From an uncultured Solobacterium sp. (GTDB lineage Bacteria > Bacillota_I > Bacilli_A > Erysipelotrichales > Erysipelotrichaceae), in the NCBI GenBank assembly GCA_964529805.1, contig CAZGZT010000007.1:556-64555 (forward strand): a stretch of 64,000 bases of DNA, given 5' to 3'. Each line of letters starts with the position of its first letter. The stretch's first letter is position 1. Below the pieces are notes generated by a model. It did no database searches. It was not told the origin of the DNA and saw only the letters and a program-made list of their open reading frames with translations. Positions 18,832-26,396 of the stretch are shown in pieces. Both the position numbers and the translations under genes were made by a program.

Positions 18832-20180
18832 TTCTCTGTCTCCATTAAAGCGATCTTCTCAATCGTCTCATAATATATTCTAAACATCAGTATACATCTT
18901 TCCAGATCGATATTCTCGCCTTTCTGATGAGCGGTATGTTCCTCGTCAGGGAAAACAGGTCCGAAACTGACGCAGTGCTTGAATACCTTGGAATAGGAAA
19001 CGCCACCGGATACAATCGGTCTTGTCATGTCACCGGTAATGTCCCAGTACGTTTCCAGCATGGTCCTGACATACGGATCATCTTTCTTGCATAAGGTAGG
19101 ATCGTCATTGTATGCGAGAACGATATTACCTTTACTCAGAACCTGCAGGTCTTTTGTGAGTTGTTCGGCAGTCACTCCATATGGATAACGGCAGTCGATC
19201 TGAGCGGATATCTTTCCCTGGGAAATATGTAATACACCCAAATTCAGGCTTAGACATTCCATTGGATCTTCACTGATGAAGTGATTGAATCCTCTGCCAT
19301 AGCTGTCTCCATAGACTTCATAAAGATTCTGACAAAGTTCATCCTGATAGACATCGGCAATGATCTTCAGAAGATCAATCGTAGCACTGTGGCCCAGCGC
19401 CGGCAACGATGCATGTGCAGCAGTTCCATAGGTTTCTATATGGATCTGACCGTTTTCAACTGTAGTCATCCCGTTGATGCCGCTTTGTTTCAGATAATCG
19501 CAGAGTCTTTCATAAGAAGCTGAATCGTTGATAACGCAGGATGCCCTGTCCGGAATGATGTTGCACTGTGAACCACCGTTAAAGGAAGAAAGAATGCCTT
19601 CATACTCGCCATCCAGGGTCCACATGATCGCACCCTTTTCGCCGATCCCCATCGGGAAAGATCCATCCGGTGTGAAAGCGAAATCCGGCAGTCCGGCCTT
19701 GGAGACATAGTAGTACATGTCGTTCATCGTTCTCTCTTCATCTCCGCCCAGAACGATGCGGATCTCCTTATTGATGTCAGGATGTCTTTCTCTTAACAGT
19801 TTCAAAGAAAGATAAGTCAGGAACATCGGTACTTTCATGTCGGTCGTTCCTCTGCCAATCAGTTTTCCGTTTTCTGTTCTAATATTGAAGTCTTCCGGAT
19901 CCGCAGCTACCACATCCAGATGGGAAGCGATATCGATACGGACATCTCCCATGCCGTGAGAAAAACTCATCACATGACCATCGTATTCCGTTACCTTAAA
20001 TCCATCCTTCTCAGCCAGATCCTTCATATACGCAAAAGCCTTACAGACATTGATTCCGTAAGGCATCTGATCATTTGCGCTGGATGCATCGTAGACGGAA
20101 GGGATTTCCAGTAAAGAGATCATCTCCGGTAATGCATCATAAAACAGTTTGCGGTAATCTATTTGATCCATGGACACCAC
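18828..20180 (-). CDS. M20-family metallo-dipeptidase (PepV/Sapep-like)
   Basis: HLDVVAA, GRGTTDMK, GGDEERT and the C-terminal ...EEHTAHQKGENI are typical M20 dipeptidase motifs. 450 aa. Confidence 0.85.
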   Translation of the reverse strand: MVSMDQIDYRKLFYDALPEMISLLEIPSVYDASSANDQMPYGINVCKAFAYMKDLAEKDGFKVTEYDGHVMSFSHGMGDVRIDIASHLDVVAADPEDFNIRTENGKLIGRGTTDMKVPMFLTYLSLKLLRERHPDINKEIRIVLGGDEERTMNDMYYYVSKAGLPDFAFTPDGSFPMGIGEKGAIMWTLDGEYEGILSSFNGGSQCNIIPDRASCVINDSASYERLCDYLKQSGINGMTTVENGQIHIETYGTAAHASLPALGHSATIDLLKIIADVYQDELCQNLYEVYGDSYGRGFNHFISEDPMECLSLNLGVLHISQGKISAQIDCRYPYGVTAEQLTKDLQVLSKGNIVLAYNDDPTLCKKDDPYVRTMLETYWDITGDMTRPIVSGGVSYSKVFKHCVSFGPVFPDEEHTAHQKGENIDLERCILMFRIYYETIEKIALMETEK

Positions 20181-21013
20181 ACTTCAAATTCAGGCTTGTA
20201 TAACATCTTCATGACGGTTTCCGCTATCAGAAGAGCACACAGCAGCAGCACGATCGGAGCCAGAACCTTATCTCCAGGCGTATCCTCGTGCTCGCAATAG
20301 TAAGTCTTGTCCTTGTTCTTGCCAAAACCTCTTAAATCCATGCCGTTGGCGATATTGCCCACTCTGTCGAATGAAGTAATGATCAGCGGAACCAGAATCA
20401 GTACATACTGTTTCAGTCTAGTAAACAGTGAGGACTTTCTCGAATCCAGTTCCAGTCCTCTTGTCTGCATGGATATTCTGATGTTGTTGAAGTCTCTGGT
20501 AATGTCCGGAATATAACGGAAAGCCAGGGATACGATCATACAGATCTTGTATGGGATCTTGATGGAATGTAGTCCTGCCGCCAGTTCGCTAGGCGTAATG
20601 CTTTGAATGAAAGTCAAAGAAAGCAGGAAAGTCGCCATGAACTTGGTCAGACGGACCAGAAAGTACCACAGAGTCTCTGAAGTAACGATAAAGAAATCGG
20701 TAAACCTGAACAGTACCGTTGATCCGCCTACCATTTCCAGACCGTAGTTCGGCTTGATCAGCCAGGTCAGGAAAAGATTAAACAGATTCATGAACAGCAC
20801 AAACAGAATGATCGCGATGTTCTTCTTCTTGTCCGGTTTAATGGATATCAAAGAAACGATCGATAACAGCAGGACCGGAATCATGATCCTGATATCCCAG
20901 GTAAAGGTCAGGATAAAGATCAGCAGGAAGAAGATTCTTACCTTGGTCTTGCCGGTAAGCCTGTCAATGAAAGTGTTTCCCGGAGTCAGAGTAATAAAAA
21001 GTTTCTCATCCAT
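20159..21013 (-). CDS. ECF transporter transmembrane (T) component
   Basis: EcfT/CbiQ-like with the conserved ...IRISMQTRGLE... loop. Start placed at ATG 21013 (SD AAGGAGAG) rather than 21040. Confidence 0.85.
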   Translation of the reverse strand: MDEKLFITLTPGNTFIDRLTGKTKVRIFFLLIFILTFTWDIRIMIPVLLLSIVSLISIKPDKKKNIAIILFVLFMNLFNLFLTWLIKPNYGLEMVGGSTVLFRFTDFFIVTSETLWYFLVRLTKFMATFLLSLTFIQSITPSELAAGLHSIKIPYKICMIVSLAFRYIPDITRDFNNIRISMQTRGLELDSRKSSLFTRLKQYVLILVPLIITSFDRVGNIANGMDLRGFGKNKDKTYYCEHEDTPGDKVLAPIVLLLCALLIAETVMKMLYKPEFEVWCPWIK

Positions 21014-22709
21014 TTTCTCTCTCCTTCTTTTCACATTCAATGAAATAGTGTATGTATTCTTCCGGATCGATTCCCGCTTTCTGGGCTATCGTTACCAGTG
21101 AAGTCTTCTTTAAGGAAGCACGTTCAATGATATCGTCATCGGAAAGGATCTTGTATACGACATCGTCACCGATCATTTCTCCGTCCGTAAAGACGATGGC
21201 TCTGTCCGTGTATTCGATTGCCAGATGCATGTCGTGGGTAACGAACAGGATCGTGATGTTGTGTTTCTCGTTGAGCTCACAGATGAAGTTCATGATCTCG
21301 GTGTAGTGGAAGTAGTCCTGTCCGGCTGTCGGTTCATCCAGAATGATGACCTTAGGCTGCAGGGCAAGGATGGAAGCGATGGTGACTCTCTTCTTCTGTC
21401 CGTAGCTTAAAACGGATACAGGCCAGTTGCGCATCGGATAGAGTCCGGCCATTCTTAGAGTATCTTCTACTCTTTGACTGATCACGTCTTCCGGGAAACT
21501 GTTCAGTTTCAGTGCCAGTTCGATCTCATCCTTGATGATATCTTTTACCAGCATCTGGTTCGGGTTCTGCATGACATATCCGACGATCTCTCCCAGTTCC
21601 TTGATCGAATACTTCAGATAGTCTTCTCCTTCGATCAGGATCTGCCCTTTGGAAGGACGGATGATACCGCATAAGAGCTTGGCCAGCGTGGATTTCCCTG
21701 CACCGTTCTTTCCGACAACTGCGATTCTCTCTCCTTCGTACAGATCAAAAGAAATATCCTTCAAGGCAGGATAGTCGCCGTAGTAGTAAGTTACATCCTT
21801 TACTTCGATCAGTTTCTTTTCTTTCTTTTTCGGTTGACTTATCTTAACCGCATGGAAATGTTTTAGGATCTTGTCCTTGTACTTGTCGATATTCAGATCT
21901 TCGATGGAAGCGAGTTTATCATCCTCTGTAAACTTGACCCCGGCATTCTTTAAGGCAGAAATATATAAAGGCTCTCTGATGCCGTTTTCCTTCAGCATGT
22001 TCGAGGAAAGCAGTCTATCAGGCGTGGTATCCAGAAGGATCTTTCCTTCGTTCATCAGAATGATCCTGTCAACATGACGGTAGAGAACGTCTTCCAGACG
22101 ATGTTCAATGATCAGGACCGTCTTGTGATGATCACGGTGAATCTTATCGATCAGGTCTACCGCATTCATTCCCATGGCCGGATCCAGGGATGCCAAAGGC
22201 TCGTCAAAAAGCAGTATCTCGACATCGTTGTGCAGAATGCCTGCCAGAGCCGTTTTCTGTTTCTGACCTCCCGAAATATTGTAAGGAACAGACTTCAGGA
22301 ACTTCTCCATCCCAACGATCTTCGCCGAAAAATCGACTCTTTCCAGCATCTCCGGTCTTGGCACCATGTCGTTCTCCAGAGAAAAAGCAATGTCTTCTCC
22401 AACGGACAATCCGACAAACTGCGCATCCGTATCCTGCTGCACCGTTCCTACATGTTCAGAAATCTTAAAGATCGAAGCTTCCTTTGTCTCCAGACCGCAG
22501 ACTTTACATGATCCCTTTATTTCACCGTCAAAGGAAAAAGGTATCAATCCGTTAATACAGCTGCCCAAGGTAGTCTTCCCACTACCACTAGGGCCCAGGA
22601 TCAATACCTTTTCACCTTTGTTAATAGTTAGATTGATGTCATGTAATGTGAATTCATTCTGCGTCTTGTAACGGAAACTGAAATCTTTGAATTCAATTAC
22701 AGCCGACAT
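21006..22709 (-). CDS. ECF transporter fused double ATPase (A-A' components)
   Basis: Two complete ABC cassettes: GPSGSGKTT/ISGGQKQK/LLFDEPLASLD and GKNGAGKST/LSYGQKKR/IILDEPTAGQD. Confidence 0.9.
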   Translation of the reverse strand: MSAVIEFKDFSFRYKTQNEFTLHDINLTINKGEKVLILGPSGSGKTTLGSCINGLIPFSFDGEIKGSCKVCGLETKEASIFKISEHVGTVQQDTDAQFVGLSVGEDIAFSLENDMVPRPEMLERVDFSAKIVGMEKFLKSVPYNISGGQKQKTALAGILHNDVEILLFDEPLASLDPAMGMNAVDLIDKIHRDHHKTVLIIEHRLEDVLYRHVDRIILMNEGKILLDTTPDRLLSSNMLKENGIREPLYISALKNAGVKFTEDDKLASIEDLNIDKYKDKILKHFHAVKISQPKKKEKKLIEVKDVTYYYGDYPALKDISFDLYEGERIAVVGKNGAGKSTLAKLLCGIIRPSKGQILIEGEDYLKYSIKELGEIVGYVMQNPNQMLVKDIIKDEIELALKLNSFPEDVISQRVEDTLRMAGLYPMRNWPVSVLSYGQKKRVTIASILALQPKVIILDEPTAGQDYFHYTEIMNFICELNEKHNITILFVTHDMHLAIEYTDRAIVFTDGEMIGDDVVYKILSDDDIIERASLKKTSLVTIAQKAGIDPEEYIHYFIECEKKERENG

Positions 22710-22711
22710 GA

Positions 22712-23290
22712 TTAGTCTTCTTTACTTAAGTTCGTACCGCGGGCATTTCTTCTTGCCAGAGCGAAGAGAACAGGAATGCCTACAACGATCAGTACAGAAG
22801 CGTCAGAAATGATGGCAGCCTGAGCCTGTACCCAAGTGATCGTCAGTTCGCTGGAATACCACAGGTATGTCAGGAACGGAGTAACAATACCGAAACCGAA
22901 TGCACAGCCGATGACACACAGAACAGCGTGAATGACAGCGTGTTTTGTCGTGAATACGCCATTCTCAACGTCAGCACCAAAAGCGCCTACCAGACCGGCG
23001 AAATAACCTGCTACGAAGTTGCCTAATGACCAGTCGAACCAGAAGCCCCAGCCGCCAATCAGGTCAGCGACACAGTTTCCTAAACCTGCGGATAATGCTG
23101 CAGGAAGAGGTCCGAACAGAGCACCGACGATAGCCGGAATAACGTATGCGGATGTCAGCGAAGTGTTGGTCGTAACCTTAATACCGCCATAGTTCATCAG
23201 TACGCCAAACAGTGCAGCGCCGATCGCAACACCGACGATAGTCTTGGTATTCCAAGTACCAAGCAGTTTCTGAGCTAAACTCTTTTTCAT
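22712..23290 (-). CDS. ECF transporter substrate-specific (S) component, substrate unknown
   Basis: 192 aa, about 6 TMs, N-terminus ...WNTKTIVGVAIGAALFGVL... typical of S components. SD AGGGGGA. First gene after the riboswitch. Confidence 0.75.
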   Translation of the reverse strand: MKKSLAQKLLGTWNTKTIVGVAIGAALFGVLMNYGGIKVTTNTSLTSAYVIPAIVGALFGPLPAALSAGLGNCVADLIGGWGFWFDWSLGNFVAGYFAGLVGAFGADVENGVFTTKHAVIHAVLCVIGCAFGFGIVTPFLTYLWYSSELTITWVQAQAAIISDASVLIVVGIPVLFALARRNARGTNLSKED

Positions 23291-23317
23291 AATTTAATCC
23301 CCCTATAATTCTTTTCC

Positions 23318-23445
23318 ATAAAACAAGGCCAATCATCAGATGGGCCTTTCTTTTCTTATTTACCCATCGTTCAAGCTTTAGCACCTTGGATAATCAGGTT
23401 GCTGAGATTTCACAGAGCTTGCCTCTCCACCTCTCTTTATGGACT
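23318..23445 (-). promoter_or_regulatory. SAM-I (S-box) riboswitch with intrinsic terminator
   Basis: Minus strand reads CCATAAAGAGAGGTGGAGAGGCAAGCTCTGTGAAATCTCAGCAACCTGATTATCCAAGGTGCTAAAGCTTGAACGATGG. The S-box signatures AGAGAGGTGGAG, GTGAAA, GCAACC and GGTGCTAAA are present, with P1 as CCAT/ATGG. This is followed by AAGGCC-N12-GGCCTT and GTTTTAT. Confidence 0.75.
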
Positions 23446-23450
23446 TAATC

Positions 23451-23479
23451 ATCTTATCACTAACGGCCTATGAAATCAA
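23451..23479 (-). promoter_or_regulatory. candidate promoter of the riboswitch operon (TTGATT-17-TAAGAT)
   Basis: Hexamers read on the minus strand just upstream of the aptamer and 12 nt downstream of the metI stop. Confidence 0.4.
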
Positions 23480-23491
23480 TCATTCAAAGCT

Positions 23492-24151
23492 TTAGTTTTT
23501 TCTCTTGTCCAATTCTTTCGCCAGCCTGTTTCCGACCAGCTGGAACAGCTGTACCAACACTACGATGATCACTACCGTAATCAGCATGATATCGCTCTGA
23601 TAGCGGTAGTAGCCGTAACGGATCGCAATGTCTCCAAGTCCGCCTCCGCCTACTGCCCCGGCCATAGCCGAATAGCCGATAATCGTACCCAGACAGATGG
23701 TAGCACCGGCGATCAGGGAAGGCCTTGCCTCCTTTAAAAGCACTCTGCAGATGATCTGCAGGTCGGAAGCTCCCATGGACTGTGCCGCTTCGATCACACC
23801 CTTGTCTACTTCTTTCAAGGATGACTCTACCATTCTGCCGATGAACGGAATAGCCGACACGGTCAGTGGAACGATCGTCGCAAAGGTACCGTAGGATTTA
23901 CCCGCAATCAGTCTAGTAAACGGAATGATCAATATCAGCAGGATGATAAACGGGATACTTCTGCCGATGTTTACCGCGATATCCAGAATACGGTAAAGGA
24001 TACGGTTCGGCTTGATTCCATCCTCATCTAAAATGCATAACAGTACTCCCAAAGGCAGACCGAACAGATAGCCGAAGAACGTGGAACAGAAGACCATCAG
24101 CAGTGTTTCGCCGATGCCCTTCAGAATCATCAAAGCTACAGCGCTACTCAT
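23492..24151 (-). CDS. metI: methionine ABC transporter permease
   Basis: MetI-like permease with an EAA-type loop (...EAAQSMGAS...). ATG 24151 behind SD GAGGAGG is preferred to the TTG at 24172. Confidence 0.88.
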   Translation of the reverse strand: MSSAVALMILKGIGETLLMVFCSTFFGYLFGLPLGVLLCILDEDGIKPNRILYRILDIAVNIGRSIPFIILLILIIPFTRLIAGKSYGTFATIVPLTVSAIPFIGRMVESSLKEVDKGVIEAAQSMGASDLQIICRVLLKEARPSLIAGATICLGTIIGYSAMAGAVGGGGLGDIAIRYGYYRYQSDIMLITVVIIVVLVQLFQLVGNRLAKELDKRKN

Positions 24152-25169
24152 AGTCGTTAACCTCCTCGACAACGATCGATCTGTTTTCTTTCAGATACTT
24201 GATCATCTTTTCTGCCAGTTTCTCATCATCCGGAAGCTGTACCATCATCTGTCCTCTGGATGTTCCGGAGATCGAGGTGATGTTGGATTCCAGGATGTTG
24301 ACAGGCGTCTTGAATTCCAGGATCAGGTTGGCGATGACCGGTTCAGTCGTATTGGTTTCTTCAAAGGCAATACGCAGGATCTTTCCTCCGGACATGGATC
24401 TTACCTGATTGGTAGAGTTAAAGATCAGTCTTCTGGCAGCTGCAGTCTTAGGATGTCTGAACAGTTCTTCGACCGTGTTTTCTTCCGCCAGTCTGCCGTC
24501 TTCCAGGACCAGACAGCGGTCTGCGATCTCCTGAATAACCGCCATTTCATGGGTGATCAGGACGATCGTAATGCTGTAGTCTCTGTTGATCTGTTTCAGC
24601 AGTTTCAGGATCGACTTGGTTGTTTCCGGATCCAGTGCGCTTGTGGCTTCGTCACAAAGCAGGATCTCCGGATTGCTGGCGAGGACTCTGGCGATGGCTA
24701 CTCTTTGTCTCTGTCCTCCGGAGAGCTGCGAAGGATAGGCCTTGGCCTTCTCCTCCAGACCTACCACCTTCAGATAAGACAGTGCTTTTTCTCTGGCAAC
24801 CTTTCTGCCTGTTCCGGATATCTCCATCGGGAAACAGACATTGTCCAGGACCGTTGCCTGCATCAGCAGATTAAAAGACTGGAAGATCATGCCGATCTTT
24901 CTTCTCTTCTCTCTGAGACTCTTCTCATCCAGCGACAGCATGTCCTCCCCGTCGATGACGATCTTCCCTTGGCTTGGTCTTTCCAGCAGGTTCAAACAGC
25001 GCACCAGCGTGGACTTGCCTGCACCGGAGAGTCCGATGATCCCGAAGATCTCTCCCTTGTGTACTTCAAAAGATACGTCATTGAGCGCTTCTACGGTGCC
25101 TGACTTGCTTTCGAAAGTCTTGGAAAGATGATCTACCTGGATCATCAGATCAGTATTCGGTTTTTTCAT
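24144..25169 (-). CDS. metN: methionine ABC transporter ATP-binding protein with C-terminal NIL regulatory domain
   Basis: GLSGAGKST, LSGGQRQR and LLCDEATSALD are present. The C-terminal ~100 aa are NIL-like. 341 aa. Confidence 0.9.
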   Translation of the reverse strand: MKKPNTDLMIQVDHLSKTFESKSGTVEALNDVSFEVHKGEIFGIIGLSGAGKSTLVRCLNLLERPSQGKIVIDGEDMLSLDEKSLREKRRKIGMIFQSFNLLMQATVLDNVCFPMEISGTGRKVAREKALSYLKVVGLEEKAKAYPSQLSGGQRQRVAIARVLASNPEILLCDEATSALDPETTKSILKLLKQINRDYSITIVLITHEMAVIQEIADRCLVLEDGRLAEENTVEELFRHPKTAAARRLIFNSTNQVRSMSGGKILRIAFEETNTTEPVIANLILEFKTPVNILESNITSISGTSRGQMMVQLPDDEKLAEKMIKYLKENRSIVVEEVNDYE

Positions 25170-25978
25170 TCAGTAAACGGAACAACCGCCCCTTCATATG
25201 TTTTGTTGATGAAATCTACGATTTCCTGTGAAGTCAGTACTTTAACCAAAGCCTGAATTCCTTCATTGTTTTCATTACCTTCCTTGACAGCCAGAACGTT
25301 GACGTAAGTCTTCGCTGCGGATGAATCGGCTTTCTCATAGGCGATCGCATCGCGGGAAACGTTCAGTCCTGCAGCCAGGGCGTAGTTGCCGTTGAGGATG
25401 ACCAGTGCGGCATCTTCTCTGGATCTGGCGATCTGGGCGGCTTCTACTTCAACGATCTTGATGTTTACGGTGTAGGAAACGACGTCGTTAACGGTAACGA
25501 TGGTGTCTGCTCCTGTTCCATCAGGCAGAGTCAGAATGCCGTTGTCCTGTAACAGCAGCAGCGCTCTGGTCTCATTGGTTCCGTCATTCGGAATCAGGAC
25601 TTCATCGCCGTCTTCCAGCTGATCCAGGGCTGTCTTTTTGCCCGGATAGATGCCGAACGGTTCATAGTGGACCTTGCCTACTACGACCTGTTTCGTGCCG
25701 TGCTCTTCATTGTAGTTGTTCAGATAAGGAACGTGGGCGAAGTAATTCGCATCCAGTTCTCCGGATTCTACGACTTCGATCGGCTGTACGTAGTCTTCGA
25801 ATTCAAAGACTTCCAGCTCCCAGCCTTCCTTCGCCAGAATTTCCTTGGCTACAGCCAGGATCTCAGCGTGCGGGGTCGGTGAAGCCGCAACCGTGATCTT
25901 CTTTTCGTTGCCTTCCTGTTTTCCTGAACAGGCGCATAATGTCAGTAATACCAGCAGCAGTGTAATAATCTTTTTCAT
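25166..25978 (-). CDS. metQ: methionine-binding lipoprotein (NlpA/MetQ family)
   Basis: MKKIITLLLVLLTLCACSG lipoprotein signal. Start placed at ATG 25978 (SD GAGAGGAG). The track extension to 26020 would overlap the T-box terminator. Confidence 0.88.
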   Translation of the reverse strand: MKKIITLLLVLLTLCACSGKQEGNEKKITVAASPTPHAEILAVAKEILAKEGWELEVFEFEDYVQPIEVVESGELDANYFAHVPYLNNYNEEHGTKQVVVGKVHYEPFGIYPGKKTALDQLEDGDEVLIPNDGTNETRALLLLQDNGILTLPDGTGADTIVTVNDVVSYTVNIKIVEVEAAQIARSREDAALVILNGNYALAAGLNVSRDAIAYEKADSSAAKTYVNVLAVKEGNENNEGIQALVKVLTSQEIVDFINKTYEGAVVPFTE

Positions 25979-26017
25979 AACTCTCTCCTCTCTTGATTCT
26001 TTGTATCCCGATAGAAA

Positions 26018-26249
26018 CAAAAAAGCCGCCCATAAGGACGACTTGTCATCGTGTTACCACCTTAATTCGTGTATCTCTACACCTCATCCGGATACAAACA
26101 TATCCCGGCACTGTAACGTGTGCTCTTACGTCCTGTTCTCATCGAACAGACGGCTCCAAGACCATGTTCATCTGCCCCCTGACGTTTCCTTTCACCATCC
26201 GGAAACTCTCTACGCTCTTCAGACAGACTACTCTTCTCTTCTAAGCTTT
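26018..26249 (-). promoter_or_regulatory. T-box leader, Met-specific (AUG specifier)
   Basis: Minus strand shows the AG bulge CGTAGAGAGTTTCC, distal loop GGATGGTGAAAGGAAAC, specifier-loop context CAGATGAACATGGTCTT (ATG at 26163..26165 followed by a purine) and T-box sequence AATTAAGGTGGTAACACG. The terminator is GTCGTCC-TTAT-GGGCGGC plus TTTTTTG. Confidence 0.8.
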
Positions 26250-26255
26250 TTCTAA

Positions 26256-26285
26256 ATTCTAATATAGAAAGGTGTCTGAATGCAA
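26256..26285 (-). promoter_or_regulatory. candidate promoter of the T-box/metQNI transcript (TTGCAT-18-TAGAAT)
   Basis: Hexamers read on the minus strand about 7 nt upstream of the proposed leader start. Confidence 0.4.
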
Positions 26286-26357
26286 TATTCCTTGAAACAA
26301 AACCTGTCGATTTCTTACTTTTTTTCTATTCTTTTGAAAATATTTTCATAACAGAAC

Positions 26358-26390
26358 AAAAAAAGATCCACTACTTTGTGATAGTGGATC
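26358..26390 (-). terminator. rho-independent terminator after rpoC
   Basis: GATCCACTA-N8-TAGTGGATC followed by TTTTTTT on the minus strand, 6 nt after the rpoC stop. Confidence 0.8.
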
Positions 26391-26396
26391 TCTTCT

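Noticed and set aside
24081-25103. 340-aa plus-strand ORF antisense to metN
   Set aside because: It lies entirely within and antisense to a well-supported ABC ATPase gene. Its composition is low-complexity and Arg/Ser/Leu/Asp-rich, and it has no SD or family motifs. This is a typical shadow ORF.
25979-26020. 14-codon extension of metQ
   Set aside because: It would place coding sequence over the SD and T-box terminator. The lipoprotein signal peptide starts at ATG 25978.
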